Source: Takakia lepidozioides
Lineage: Eukaryota > Plantae > Bryophyta
NCBI GenBank assembly: GCA_030704615.1
Contig: CM060731.1
Location: 41,726,001 to 41,790,000 of the forward strand
Length of the DNA: 64,000 nt
Direction of reading: 5' to 3'
The notes beneath the pieces are model-generated. The model was not told the origin of the DNA and ran no database searches. It worked only from the letters and a program-made list of their open reading frames with translations. Of this stretch, positions 23,388 through 37,800 are shown piece by piece (position 1 is the first letter of the stretch; the number at the start of each line of letters is the position of its first letter). The position numbers were made by a program, and so were the translations under genes.

Positions 23388-24557
23388 TCACAATGCCTCT
23401 TCAATTACCCCAGACAAACAAATTTCGTTATCTCTACTCCAGCAGAAATCCTGAAGCATCTGGCTCGTTGCCCTCAACGTTATCTTGCACGCCTTCAGTT
23501 TAGATGAGTCACGTAGAGCAACTTCCTGATGATGTGATTTGTTTGAGCGATTTAGCCAACCCACCTGTAGATCTGCCGAGTACACCTCATACGAACAACA
23601 ACAATCGTAGTTACGATAAAGCTCGGAAGTTTCAGGATACTTGGGCAGCAAAGTTGCCATGGGCTGAGATATGTCTTGGTAACGATGACATCCTTCAGTA
23701 CACTATGAAATGTACTGTATGCACAAAGGTGGAGGGGAAGGCGAAACTCCTTGCTCCTAAGTGGGACAACTTGCAAAAACATGTTGGGCGTAGGAAGGCT
23801 GACATGACGATTGCTGGCATTCAAAAATGTGAATTCTACTTCACCAAAGTGAATTTGCTTTTAGTCATTTAGATATTGATATGTTGTGGGTTTTGCTTAA
23901 ATAGATTATGAAATTGATGTTATGATTTGCTATTGACTACGGGGTTTGGGCTTTGTAGAAGTTGCTAAGGCTCTTGTGCGTGAGCTTGAAGGCGTTTTCC
24001 AGCACATGGCATCATGGATGCCTTGGGAATTGTCTACCCACAATATTGGCTTCAACCAGATTGTGAAGAGACTTTTCAGAGGCACTTAAACATCATTAAA
24101 GGTCAATATTGCTATCCAAAGACTGTAATTGCAGGGGGGAAAGAACATTCCGTGGCGGAGGTGTTGTCTAGTTCAGCTTTGGACCAGCAACAAGGCATGT
24201 TCAAGTTAACTATGAAGAACAATGTTGCTGCCGCAATGGCTCCACCTTTTGACCTGAATCCCTTGACAAGGCCTTTGGCGGACTGTCACTGCATCTAGGG
24301 TTCTGTTTCACAGCTTTCCAACATATATTAAAGTGGCTAAGATTGCAATGGTGCAAGTTGTTGGGAGTGTGGAGGACGAAAGGTGCTTCAGCACTTTGGC
24401 TTTTGTCAAGTCAAAATTACGTAATAGGCTTACCACCCATTTGCCTCTTGTTGTGCGCATGTTTGCACAAAGGTTTTACACGTTGGAGAATTTTCCATAC
24501 GATGAGACAATTCAACAATGGAGAGCTACTCGGACTCGCTACGCATTTGACACTTAG
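23388..24557 (+). pseudogene. Internally deleted hAT transposase
   Basis: N-terminal Zn finger (RKFQDTWAAKLPW..CTVC) and C-terminal dimerisation domain (SVEDERCFSTLAFVKSKLRNRL); catalytic middle missing; TIRs not resolved. Confidence 0.82.
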
Positions 24558-25499
24558 AGGTGTTGGGCTGCAAAGGTTATGGCAAATCCAAGACTGGTTC
24601 GAGTGTGCAAATGTAGACATGGCTTGTTATGGTTCAATGTGAACTAATTCATATGGACAATATGAATACTGATAAGCCAGACCTCTTCTTTCCTTGAAGT
24701 CTGCATGTTATGACACCTCTTCCGTGGATCCATATGTGAACTGTTTGCATGTGTTGGTTTGATTTGATGTCATTTTTGTTTTGTAAGTGGAGGTGAGTTG
24801 CGCTGCAGAGGGCAGTCTCAGGGGTTCAATCCCCCGGCATCTCTATCTTTGTGTTTGGGTCAGTCCATATGTGAATGGATTTGTTTGCAGTTCATGTCTG
24901 TAGTTCTTCCAAGTTCTATTCGCAAGAAAGCCCTCTTTTAAGGGTCTAGGGTGCCACACATTAGCAACTTTGCAATTGAAAATCGCCATCCAAACCACAA
25001 TTGACCCGCCACATTATTTCACCACCTCTACAAAAAATTAGCCACCAAATGCTCCAAAAAAATCAAACCATGCGCCATATTTACATATAATTTTTTTGCC
25101 TATAGCCAACCAAAAAAATGAGCCTGTTGATTGATTTCGCCACATGAGCGCCGGTTACATGAGACAGGTAGACTCGCTAGCTACTTTACAAAATTAAAAA
25201 AAAAACACTGTCCGGGCCTGAGGAAACATCATTGTGAGGGCAAATTTCCTTGGTCATAGTGCATTTTTCCTTCCAGATTTGCTTGGAGTTCAAAAACCCA
25301 CCATGATAATTTGTTATAATCTCCCAATGCTGACTGTCATTTCTTCCCAAATTTTGTCAGTAGCTGCATGTAGTAGGTAACCGCCAAATTGGTAAGGTTC
25401 ATTTGAGTGGATGATTGATTGCTGGCAGATACAGCCTGAACATGACAGTGGGTCCCATTTTGGGGGTGGCCCACCAAAAAGGCTTAGGGGTTAAACACT

Positions 25500-25619
25500 G
25501 CCCCTCTTCCTTTTGGAAGAATCAAAAGAAAAACTGAGCTTTTGATTTTTTCCTTGTCTAGCCCCTCTTCCTTTTGGAAGAACCAAAAGAAAAACTGAGC
25601 TTTTGATTTTCCTTTTCTA
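25500..25619. repeat. 61-bp tandem duplication upstream of the glucanase gene
   Basis: GCCCCTCTTCCTTTTGGAAGAA(T/C)CAAAAGAAAAACTGAGCTTTTGATTTT occurs twice. Confidence 0.85.
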
Positions 25620-26084
25620 AAGCTTAGTCTATGTAGCCAAATGAATCTTCCACAGAAAACCACTGATGAAGAAGAAGAGGAGGAAGAAGTGCATTGGGAG
25701 GAGAAGAGGGCTCTCAATCAGGGCGGCCTGGGAAACTGCGCGTGGGGCCCAGGGCGAGGGACCGGTGGCGCATGGTGGCAGGAGACAGGCTGCCAAGCTG
25801 CAGCAGGTGGGGCGGGCTGTGGAGGTTTGAATCGAGGCCTTAGACAGCAGTTGCATCTCCGTTCTGTACACCCAACTTGTATTGAGTGATGAGCCTGCAG
25901 CGGTACCTAGCTCTTTCCAGGCAAGGCTGGGCTTTTTCAGCAGGTGAGAGTTTAGGACGCAGTGGGTCTTCAAGAAGGAGCTGCAGCGCCGAGTATTGGT
26001 TCTTACAGCAGGGCCATGACTGCGCCGTTGTAGTGCCAGGATGCACCAGTACGTGACTGGTGCCCAGGCAGGTGCATCTTCACG

Positions 26085-29000
26085 ATGCCTCATCCACAGC
26101 GATCACCCCCCGTGCTTCTCTTATCCGTTTTGTACTTGCTGACAGGCGTGCTATTCTGCTCTATTGCAGGTGAAGTGTGCGTTGCTCTTGCGATCACCTA
26201 CATGTTCCGTGTGCATATGTATGCGCATTGCCCCCATTTTGGGATGTTCTCAGAGTCACTGCTTTCTTTGGAGGTGTTTAGGGAAGGTGACAGTTGCTGT
26301 GCGTCAATGGTAGCAGGGGCAGCAGTCGGGTGTTTTTCCGTATTTGGTGTCTGTAGCGCAAGGACAGGTCTAGAGAATTTACAGCTTCCGCTTGTCAGTG
26401 TAATCTTTAGGCTTTATTGAAAGTCCTGTAGCATCTGCTGCAGTTCAAAGTACCACTCCCAACTCTGATACTGATCCAATGCCAGAGAGTTGTAGCAGGC
26501 AAAGTCCCTCATGGCCCGGATGTGACCATACATCAGGGGTTTAGAGTGTCAAGCAGCTGGATTCTAGTATTGGTACTGATCCCACTCTCCCAAGTAGTTT
26601 CGGGAGGTGAGTCATAGCGACTCGGAGGAAATGAAATGAAATGGTACTTTATAACGTCCGCGGGAATCTCAAAGAGAAGGAAGAAAGAATCAAGATAGAG
26701 AGACGGGCCACAAACAGTCATAGTGAGGAGGATGAAAGTTAGGCGCTTTTAACGGCCTCCCTTGCCATGGTTCATTCAGCTTGAGGGCAGGTGTACACGA
26801 CCTTTGTCCTGTTGGCATAATGTGGAGATACTGTATGAGTCTGGGACAGAACCCACAAATGTGCAAAGTGCTATGTTAGCACAAGATTCTGTACTTGGTG
26901 TCATACTCTCTTCCTTGGCGAGCAGCTTGTGGCTTCTGTAGGCTAATTCCTTGTGACATGTGCAGATGGTCATTCGGTTGGAGTTGTCTATGGGCGAGAT
27001 GCAGACAACCTGCCTGCGCCCCAACAAGTGGCACAGTTTTTGGAGGAAAATTATATACCCAGGGTTAGGATTTATGATGCAGATTCAACTGTGATTGCAG
27101 GTTTTGCAGACACACTGATTAAGATGATAATAGCAGTTAAGAATGAAGAGGTAGAGGGGATTGCAGTTTCACAAACAGCAGCAGACAGCTGGTTAGACAA
27201 GTGTGTGGCTCCTTATGCCAATTCCACCGACATTGTTGCCATAGCCGTGGGTTCAGAGGTGCTGACAAGTAGCTCCAATAGCTCCAATCTCTCAGCTTAT
27301 CTTGTTCCAGCTATGAAGAACTTACAGACTGGGTTGGTGAGATTAGGTTTGGCTGATTCAGTGAAGGTATCCTCGCCAAATGGTATGGGTGTTCTTGGGG
27401 TTTCGTATCCACCATCAGCTGGGTCATTTGAGAGCAGCCTTGCAGAGTCTGTTATACAGCCAATGTTGGACTTCCTTGCTGCAACTGGCTCCTACTTTAT
27501 GCTCAATGCCTACCCTTTTCATGCCTATGAAAATGATGCGAATGGCATATCTCTAAACTATGCTTTGTTCCTGGAGAATTCAGGGGTTCTGGATTCTGGA
27601 AGTGGACTTCGCTATTATAATCTTTATGATGCCCAACTTGATGCAGTTTTTACTGCTATGGCAGCACTGAATCACAGTTCTCTCAGTCTTGTGGTAACAG
27701 AGACAGGGTGGCCCTCAACAGGAGTTTATAATGAGTATGCAGCAGATTTTCAAAATGCTCAAACATACAACAGCAACTTGGTGAAGAAGACCCTGAACAA
27801 TACTGGGACACCTTTAAGGCCTGGACAGGAGATTGATGTGTACATATTTTCACTGTATGATGAGGATCAAAGCTCACAGACCTATTGGGGTCTTTTCACA
27901 CCAAATGGTACAAACAAGTATGGCATAGATTTCTCAGAAGATGGGGGTGGCACTGGGTCTGGATCTGGATCTGGATCCGGATCAGGATCCGGGAGCCCTG
28001 GGACTCAGTCGGGCACACCCGCAGCTGCAGGTTATAACTGGTGTGTGGCGAAGCCAGGGGTAAGTAACAGGAGCTTGCAACTAGCATTGGACTGGACATG
28101 TGGACCAGCGCAGGTTAACTGTGATCCTATCGAACCAGGGCACTCGTGCTATCTACCCAACACTCTGCAATCTCATGCCAACTGGGCGTTCAATATCTAT
28201 CATCATTATTTCCCTACAGATCCAAGATCCTGTGATTTTGATGGCGATGCACAATTTACAAATATTGATCCTAGTGAGTCCCACAAATCCTTGTTTTGAG
28301 TGTCTTCATGTTTGACCGTACTTGACAGCTTTCCCCTGTGGCCACTGGAAAATTTGATTGACTGTGGTTGATTGCGTTTACATAGTAGATTGAACATTAT
28401 TTTGCACGGTAATGAATAGAGTTACGTCCTCAAATGTCGAATGCCATGTTTAATTTATTTGACTGCCACTGTTTCTGCAGGCTATGGTTCGTGTTTCTAC
28501 CCAACAAGGTAATTTATTTCTCAACACTAAACCGCTGAGGATGATGGGCAGGCATCAAACCCCTGCATGCTAGGTTGAGTTGGAGTTGCGAGAGACTTGT
28601 AATACCTTGTGGGTTGTTGCTTTTATCAGTGAGCTTTACTGCACGGCTGTACATGTCTGTGTCTCAAAAGCTCAAAGCCTTGCCTGTCGATGAAGTCTGC
28701 AAGGGGGTTGTCCTCGGGTCCATGTCTCTATGGGTCAAGCCTGGAGGCTCGTCCTGGTCATCCTTGAGGAGCATTTAGACGTTCGCTTAGAAATACAGGG
28801 ACAACATCCTTTTTTGAATGTAGAATGTCTGAGTGTGACTGACAGGCAGTGTCTTTGTGCACAGAAAACTGAATAATGGTTGTAATTATGTGGCTGTGTG
28901 CAGTGAAGCAACAGGCTCAAGGGGAGCAGTATCAGCCCATTTTTATCAGATTGCTATCACCCTGTCAGTCATCCTTCTGGGGCTGTTCTTGAAGGTGTAG
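26085..29000 (+). CDS. Glucan endo-1,3-beta-glucosidase (GH17 + X8/CBM43), signal peptide, probable GPI anchor
   Basis: Exons 26085-26169, 26966-28273, 28481-28508 and 28904-29000; VGVVYGR, AVGSE, VTETGWPS, X8 WCVAK...CDF, GS linker, hydrophobic C-terminus. Confidence 0.92.
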
Positions 29001-29949
29001 TGCCATAGTCACAAGTTAGCCAGCTTGGTCAGAATTTTCCAGCAGTAACCAATAAGATGGACTACTAATCTGAATGGATTACAGTGCTTCATTCATGCAT
29101 AACTCTTTTATGTTCATTCTGAGATGGAGCACTGTCCAGCATAAATTGAAGCTGAATAGCCAATTTGGTTTGACATGAGGTACTCAACACCAATGATTGT
29201 TGATATTCAGAGCAGGACTTATTCAAAGAGATTTCAAGTTTAAATTGCTCGCAGTCTCAAACCCATTAGTAAATTCAACATTCCAGGCAACTGGGTATGA
29301 GGTCAAGTCACTGATGCAACTTTTGGGCAATCCAAAATGTTCATTTGGAAAATGTTGGAATTATGAGATTAGAGCAACCAGCCCTTTAAGGCAATCCATT
29401 GTGGACAGCCCATGTGCCACAACAGGTCCATCAAACCATTTCTCAGGTGCTTTTCCTACCTTTCCATGCATTTCAGCTTTCCATAGAGTGAGCATGCAGA
29501 TGAGACAAAATGCCCTCCCTATGTGCTAGGTTTCTGCCACACCCCATATCTCAGCACCCGCCAGACCATCTCCAGGCAGCCATGTGTGGCAACCAGGCAA
29601 TCCGTACGTTGGATGCCACCTCCAATGCCGCAATCCCAGGTCAGGGCACCACCCACCCTGCCACGTATGCACTGGTGGCATGACGGGGCAGCTGGACATG
29701 GTCAGCTCCATCTTCTTGGCTGCGGTCTATGTTTGGATGCATAGGTCTGTAGCAAGGTGTCTGTAGCAAAGGTCTCACTCAAGACTCAGGATACTGGTTG
29801 ATATGGTGGTATTATGACCATGCGAACACAAGAACCAGTTGCCCACACACTGGTACCCGCCCTACAAGCTTCTTGTACAACCAGGTCGAAACCTGGAAAC
29901 AAACTACAATGAATTGTATGATACTCAATAGCTTAGTAAATCTATTGTG

Positions 29950-32823
29950 CTAGGAGTGACTTGCTAGAGTCTGAATGATGGTCTTGTGCCAAGGGTCAGA
30001 AAGATGAGTGAGAAGATTGTCGATGGGACCTGCTTTAGTAACATATGCCTGCACGATGAACCCCACCATGGCCACCATGGCAAGCCGCCCTGAAATTGCC
30101 CCAACATACCATTTACCAAATCACAAAAACTTCAAGCAGGGGTTGTTCAAACATTGTCATTCTCAGAGCACTGTACTCTTCACGGCACATTTTTTGAAGG
30201 CATAAGGTGCCTTACTTGGGTTTTAGCATCAAGGGTATCTGCAATGTTTTCTTGAGACAAACACACTGCATATTCCAGCTTGCATGCTTGCCCACTATTA
30301 TAGTCTCATCCAACCTGTCAGCATTCTGTGGAAGCAACAAAGGCTGTAGATGGAGAACCAGAATACTGAACAAAGGCTCCGAACAGAAGCAAGTATGACA
30401 TACCATTTTTTATCTCCTTTAGTTTTAGGGGTTGAGGCTTGCTGACATCACTTGCTAGACCACTTGGGTTGAACAAAGGACCGCCAGGATACCTGCTCAC
30501 ATTGATAGACGTAGAAGTCAGAAGTATACTTCTATGGCTATAGTGGTTATGACAGAATCAGTAGTTGTCGATTATCTGCCAGACACATATCCAGAATCAC
30601 TCTGTGAGCCCCATTTAACCTTAGTTGTTAGAGGGACTAATTCAAGACCAAGGCAGGTCACGTTACATACCCAGGTTGCAAACCTTCCAAAGCAGACTCC
30701 ACACCAAAGAAAGTGTCCTCTGCCGCTTGGGAGCCTGGTGAGACAAAGTCCATGTATCTCTTTGTCTCTACAAACCTATACCCAACCATGCCTGCACTGC
30801 ATCAGTCAAACTTTCGGTCTGTGCAGGGAGACTCCTATAATTGTCACCATCACTCATGTTGCCACTCCAGAAGAAAATCAAAATGTCTTCCTGTACTGCT
30901 CGTTTTTGGCTGGCTAGACTTTAGTTAGGTACACTAAAAATACTTTTTGCCAAGCAAAATACAATTGTTCATAGTTGATTGTGAATGGACGGCCTCAATA
31001 AAGAGTTGTCGCAAAGCACAGGTAGGAATTTCCAAGGGGCTTAAGTGCTGTCACAATATTCATGGAAAGAAACAGGTAAGAGAAGAAGGTCTACCCCATG
31101 AGAATGAGCTGCACAAAGAAGAGTGTGGTAGTCTCAGCAAAGTCGAAGTGAGTGGCACCCGCTTCATACCACACTGGCAAATCCTTCAACCCTGTTGTCC
31201 GGAGTAACTGCACAGCAACACATCAATACACGAATGGCAGCATGGTGCCCAAGCTTCTCTTCCTGATTTCTCTGCCTTTACTTACCTCCACACTAAGACC
31301 ACATGCCAAATGCCTAGTTTAAACTTTATTACCACCACCCTCCTTCCAACTATATGTATGTTCTCACCAAAGCAATCAACATCAAGAAGGCACAGCTTTG
31401 GTCCTTATTTCAGGTACCAGATAACCCCGTACTTACTTCTAACCCTGATTGCAGGTAAAATCTTGAGACAAAGCATTTGTTGCAAGCCTGGAATCCTAGC
31501 TTCTTGTGTAGTTTCTAGCAAATAATGAATGCTCATATTAAGCATGCAGAAAGACACGGCCAGCAGCCATAGCCATCCTATTTTGGACCTCTGCTTGAGT
31601 TTAATAAAATGAAAAAAGGGCCCCAGGAGTCCTGATGCAATTAAATGGTCTCAAGGCTGGCACAAAAAAGAGTCAAAGACAGAGGAGCAGCATACATCGG
31701 TGAAAAGAATGCCAGCAACACCAGCCATGGCAAAGCGAGCATGCACAAGCTCAGCCTGCACATACCATTGCAAATCCTTGGGATCCCGGCCCAGCTCCAA
31801 GGGATCAAACCCAAAATCACCTGCCAACCTGCATCCAATGCCCAATTTATAATGTCAGTGGCCACAAAGCAGCACCATGGTAGCTTGGTATTTTGTGTTT
31901 CCAAGGTGACAGGGCCCCTTGGATGCACTTTGAACCCGCACCAGATGGCAGGACTCCTATAGGAAATGCAAGTGATCTATCATGTGCCATCCTTTGCACT
32001 GCAATTGGAGTCAGCATTGCCTCTCCCAACCCTGTGCACAAACAGCAACCAAAGAGCACTGACTTTCAACTATTGCAGATGGCCATAAACCAAAGCGCTC
32101 AAGTGGGTGACGTTGAAAAGCTAATGCAAGACCCAGTCACCTCCAAGGTGTTCTGGAAGGGTTGAACGCCTCATGTTCTCCCGGGTTCCTGCTTCTTCCT
32201 CAAACTAACTTTCCAGCTATGTAGAACGCAAAATTCCTCCAAGGTTCCCCCCACCCTCAGCTCCTAATTTGTTGATTCTTGGCGCTGCTTCCCGAGGAAA
32301 GATTTCCAACGACATCTAAACCAGTATCCGAATGGTGGGTCATCGCTACAGTGATAGGATTGTACTCATTCATTCGAATCTTTCTAAATGTCGGGTCATC
32401 GTCGTCCAGGCCATGTGCCTTGAGATGACAAGCCCTGCCTGAGGCAAATTGCAGGCCAGGAACAGATGATCGGTGACTTTCACAGAGATAGAATCCCTCC
32501 AACCCGGAATTCTCGCGCACTTCAGCGCTCTGCCAGTGACGCTTGAGAGAAGTCACATTGCGCAGACAAAAACAGACAGGGAGCGACGTAACTTACGATC
32601 CATCAAGATACGTAGGAGGAGTGGATCCGGGAAGCCAAAGGGGTCTCTCTGCAGCAGAAGCTCTGGCACCACAAGCAGCAGCTACAGGTCTACCAGGCGC
32701 ACCCGCTTGCTTGATCTTTGCCCACATCCCTTTTCCTCCTCCTTTGTTACATTTCCGCACCGAATGTTTCCAGCTAGAGGGCAATCCCAACACCAGCGGC
32801 TGACCCAAAGCTATGAGCGCCAT
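29950..32823 (-). CDS. LHCA5: Photosystem I light-harvesting chlorophyll a/b protein Lhca5
   Basis: Six exons give transit peptide, [66 protein letters not shown] and [17 protein letters not shown] and [11 protein letters not shown] are Lhca5-type. Confidence 0.88.
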
Positions 32824-33859
32824 AGCTTTTCTGCGCACCGTCTTCCTCTTTCCCTCTGAGCGAAGGTTTTGATCATTCAGTAGTCATCCAGTATTTTTTT
32901 TGTCTTCCCCATCCGTTATCCGTGTGTGTTCATCCCTTTGTGGACAGAATATCATAATTTGCACCACAGTGAGCTCCAAGATGCGGCTATGGCGGAGACT
33001 GAAGAAGGAAGGAGGTCTTACCCCTCTCTCTGTGGTCACCTCAGCACCAGCCCTCTCCATTTTCATCCTACTTACTACGTCCAAGTCTAGACTTGGGTCT
33101 TCTTAGCATCCAAGTCTGTAACAAAGACTTGTTATTTCTGTAAACAGAATTCAAAGATCCCAGGCAGTGGTGAGATTGAACTGCCATAATAATGTGGTGC
33201 CAGGTTCCCTGTTCATCACTGTAGTTGAGTTTATCTGAACTTAATGACTGAATGGCAGCCCTCACTAATGCTCAGGGATATCGCCCCAGTGCCCTAACTA
33301 GATTGGACAGCTGATGGACTGATACCTATTGCATTGCTCCCCCCCCATGGTTGATAGTTGGGCTGTTGGAATTCAATAGGCATTCAAGATTCTTCTGCTT
33401 CCAACTGCATCTCTTGCCCCCAGTGAGGGCGCTTTGACAATGCAATTCAGATTGAGATGAAATGTTGTTTAATTTGTGAATATGGAGAAGACAGCCGTCT
33501 GGGATATGGAAGTGTGAAGAGCTCGACGGGGTAGACAGGAGATGCATGAGCTCCTCCAATCGTCCTGCAAGTTTGTGCATTATTTGATGTTTTGCATAAA
33601 TAGTGGGAGTGCCATAGCTGCCTTCAAAACCACCAACTCTTCCAATTCTGGGAATGCAGCTGGCTGATACTTCACTAAACATGGTAGACCTTGTTCCCCA
33701 TCCACCATCTGATAAAGGAGCTCACTTCTGCACACCGGTAGAGCCTCTTCTGGCATGTACAAACCAATCTGTTGTGTCACATGGATCTGCCTGATCACCC
33801 AAGCTCCACCATTTGAGACAGATTCTGGTGAGTAGCCTGGAAGCCAAAGCAAGATATGA

Positions 33860-34870
33860 TGCGCACTTAGTAGCCACTCTGCAAGATCAACGCCCGCATG
33901 ACAATGGAGTGGAGTGTTGAGTCGGTCACATTATGGTCTTGCATAATGGTGTACCATGCAAGAAGCAGAGAGATGGCCTCTGTCAGGGACCATATATCAC
34001 TATTGTCAATAATACAAATGGAGCCTGGAAGGCAGAGAAAGAAGGCTTTCTCAATTGAGGAGATGAAGGATGCCACCAGAAATTTCAGTGAGGACTCTTG
34101 TGGAGAGGGGTGTAGAGTGTACAGGGAGTGTTAGCCAATGGAAGAAATGTTGCCATAAAGAGGGCCCATGCTTTCAGCAACACCTTCAACATTGAATGTG
34201 AGCTACTGTGTGAAATCCACCACCCTAATCTGGTTAACGTCATTGGATTCTGCCATGCGAATTCTGAGAGAGTACTACTTGTGTTCATGCCCAATAACAG
34301 ACTTCACCACAATCTCGACAGGAGTTGCATTCTTCTTGGTTGGACCCAGAGGTTAAGGATAGCAGCTGCTGTGGCCATGCAGCTGAGTACCTACACATTT
34401 ACTCAGGCCCAGGCATCATTCATACCAACATTTAGTCCACCAAAATTTTGCTGGATGAATCTTGGTTAGTCGAGGGGGGGGGATTTTGGGATGGCTATCT
34501 TGGGTCCTCATCCATGACCTAGGTTAGCACACAAGGCTATCTGGACCGGGAGTACTTGGCCAATCAACAGCTATCATAGCCAGTGAAGTTATGCAGTTTT
34601 GGAGTGATGCTGCTAAAGCTTTGAGAGGTCGAAAGGTGGCTGACCTACTTCAGATGGTTTCAAGTTTGGTCGATTGGCCAGTTCACCTCATCCAGGAGGG
34701 CCACATGGTACATGTGCTGGATCTGTGCCTCAGTAGACCAGGGATATTGATGCTCTGGAGAAATTGGCAATGCTTGGTGTTTAAGAATGCACCAGGAGAT
34801 AGGCCTACAATCATTGAACTCGGAAGTGGAGTTAACCAGGTGCTAGCTATCCAACCCGCCTGGTAACTTC
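33860..34870 (+). pseudogene. Receptor-like kinase pseudogene
   Basis: FSIEEMKDATRNFS, VAIKRA, HHPNLVNVIGFC, LGWTQRLRIA, DFG and GYLD spread over several frames with many indels. Confidence 0.8.
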
Positions 34871-37800
34871 CATTGCTCAAGACTCTAGTTGTACACTAGA
34901 TACAGGAATACACCTACAAATTGGAAGAGAACAAAGGAAATAGATAGTAGTCAGGATGATTAACATTCAACAGAGCCAATGGAGATGTTCTGCTTGTTGG
35001 AGCACAGCGCAAAACTGCAGGGGGAAGTACCATGTTTGGAAGGTCCTCCTGTTTGTTTCTTCCACCTATACCTCCAGGTGGGGTGGATTGAAGTGGGATT
35101 GAAGGTACTCTTGATCAGTGCTCTCTCATGCTAGGCAAGGACCCATAATTGGCAAGGCAATGAATCTCAAGCTGGTCTATGCTCAGATGTGCCCAAGCTT
35201 GGCCTTGATAATAAACCAAAGGCAGAGCTAATCTTTGTTACTACAATTCTGGAGTAGGACGCCTCCAAGGTAGGACACCATCATGACATGTGACCACAAT
35301 CTTAAGGATGAAACAATCGGGATCCTTGACTGTCCAACTGCCATGAATACAAAACCCAACCAGCCCAAAATGTGACATGGAAACCAAAAATGAATATCCA
35401 TACCTCCTGCTCCAATCTCTTCCCCTGCTTGGTTCCTGAAGCTGGCATGGTAACACGTTGCTTGTCATTTTATGTGAAGTTTCAGCTGTTGTTCTCTGCA
35501 ACACTCTGCCTTTGGTATGGAAATGATGCAAGGCCACTGGAAAGCACCCAAGTTTACAATCCAACCAATGAGTGGAAGGCTTAGAAAAGCTCGATGGATG
35601 AGGAACAATTCATCAGACGACCATGGAGCATGGCAGCACAATCGGCATAACTCTCGGCAGTTCATTCCAGAATCTTCACTATATTGCAACAATCCTGAAC
35701 AAAGCAATGCAACCATGAAGGCTCTCAGAAAATGGATCTTGATCTTAATCTTCTGCCTGTACAGTAGTTTAAACGCATCACAAGCACACATCATTCAAGT
35801 ATTGCAAGTTCCTCATGGCATGTATGTACACACCCAGGCTGTTGCCCAAACCACAGGACTTAATAACATGCAAAGCCTCAGGGGAGGTTTCAGTCACAAG
35901 TGGAGTTGATTCGTAGAGTGAAGATGGTGTGAAGATCTCATGCAGAGTCCACCATGGCCGACCAAACCTGCACAAAAGAAATGATCAGAGGCTCTTCTTA
36001 TCAATCAGCCGTGGAGTATCTGGGTCTTAATGATTGCCATGTATTTTGCACCCATAACTGAACTGCAACTGATATACATGGAATAAAATTATTGTGCTTC
36101 TTGGACAATTGCATCAGTGATAATTGAGTGATACAATGTGAGGTCAACTTCCCCCAATGCAGACATTGCAAAGGACACCCAAGAGATAATTCTGTCACCA
36201 ACCTTCCAACAGCTACTTGCAGTGGCAGAAACCAACAAACATGTGTAGGAAAAGAAGTAAGGAAGTAACGATCAAAACCATCGAGGGCACCGACGAAATT
36301 CTATGCCCACGAGTTGGAATATTTTGCGCTTCCAGAAAGAGTTTCCCAAACAGGGCACCGAAAGAAATTACAGGGCATCAATCGTATATGCAGTAAAGAA
36401 CAGAGAAACCAGGAAATGAAATGAAATGGTACTTTATAACGTCCGCTAAGGAAAGAAAGGAAGGAGGTCAACTTATACATGTTGAATGGGAAGGTGAAGA
36501 CAACCGGGAGTAACAGTAGTGGGCATAACTTGGAATTGTCTACAATTGCGTACCCTAACCAGAATGGCTTCTTCGCCATCGACATCAAGTGTACCAGCTG
36601 CCTCGAAATCCCACCATGGATTGAAGACATTTTTGGTAACCACCAGCAATAGTCTTTCCGTCTTCTTGCTTCCCGCAAATCTTTGACATCAGCACGGAAT
36701 TTCTCACGCCTTCCATCACGGATCGGGAGGGGGAGAAAACAGCACAAACCCACTCACCCCGCCCAATGGCACAGCAATTTCTCACACAGCAATATACTTG
36801 TGCGAATGGATCCCTGGCAGCGGCATTGCTCCACTACTCCTGCTGCAACAAATCCCGCAATTGAGAGAGAAGACGCATCTGAGAAATCAACGCTTGCCCA
36901 GGAACAACGTTCCCTCGAGACCCTCTCCTACACAGCATCTTGGGAACACTCATCTCAAAAACTTGGGTGGGAGGTGTGACCCTGCAATCTTCGGGGAGAC
37001 CCATCCCCACTGTACTGATTCATGGATGCTACTTTGGGCCCAGTCCGTCAGATCATGCACCCCGGATGAATCAGCTACAGGCAATCTCCGTGCTAATTCA
37101 AACGTTTGACTTGATGATCGCATTAGAAAACTCAGACAAACAAATTCTAACTTTTCTTCAATCCTCCACTGCAATGCGAGTCTCGCAACACGCTGCGCTG
37201 CGTCTAAATTTTTCACAAAACCCGAAAAAAATTCTACCGGATCTTTTTTGCCAGGATAGATGGGCGCCAATGCTCAATAATCTGTGGCCTTTAGATCTTT
37301 GGTCAGTGGCACAGCTGGAACGTGCGGTTGCATCAGTGGACCTCGGAGAATCAGATCTTTTTATAATTGTCTCCCAAAAACATGCTCCACTCCATAAACA
37401 ATCCTGAAAATAGCGCCACATTCATGGACTCCTTCGGATAAATCCCACAGCTCGAAAGTGAAAAACTTCTGCTCCTGGTCATTTACTATCATTGTCATTG
37501 GCAGAATCGCAGTACTGGATTTAGCTTTTATTCAATCTTCAATGCCCATAAAGGAACAGAGTATGCATCATAGCCATGTACCCACTTGACACATTGCTGC
37601 TTCCGACAACATTTCTCACGAAATTCAAATCCTTGACTTGCATTGGCGCCACAGTCGTCGATCATCTCCGAAATTCCGTGCCCAAGATTCAGAGATTCGG
37701 CCAATATTTACCAGGCCCAACAGAATTTGGGTAATGCTACTTTTTCACTCATCCACCCCCATAACAAGCAGCTTTTTAGGGTTGGATCAATCGGACTCTT

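Noticed and set aside
24800-24845. tRNA-like 3' half (GGGGTTCAATCCCCCGGCATCTCTA), with a similar motif at about 22965-22996
   Set aside because: No D-arm, A box or complete cloverleaf could be built; at most a SINE or tRNA relic.
27950-27995. (GGATCY)n microsatellite
   Set aside because: It encodes the ordinary Gly-Ser linker between the GH17 and X8 domains.
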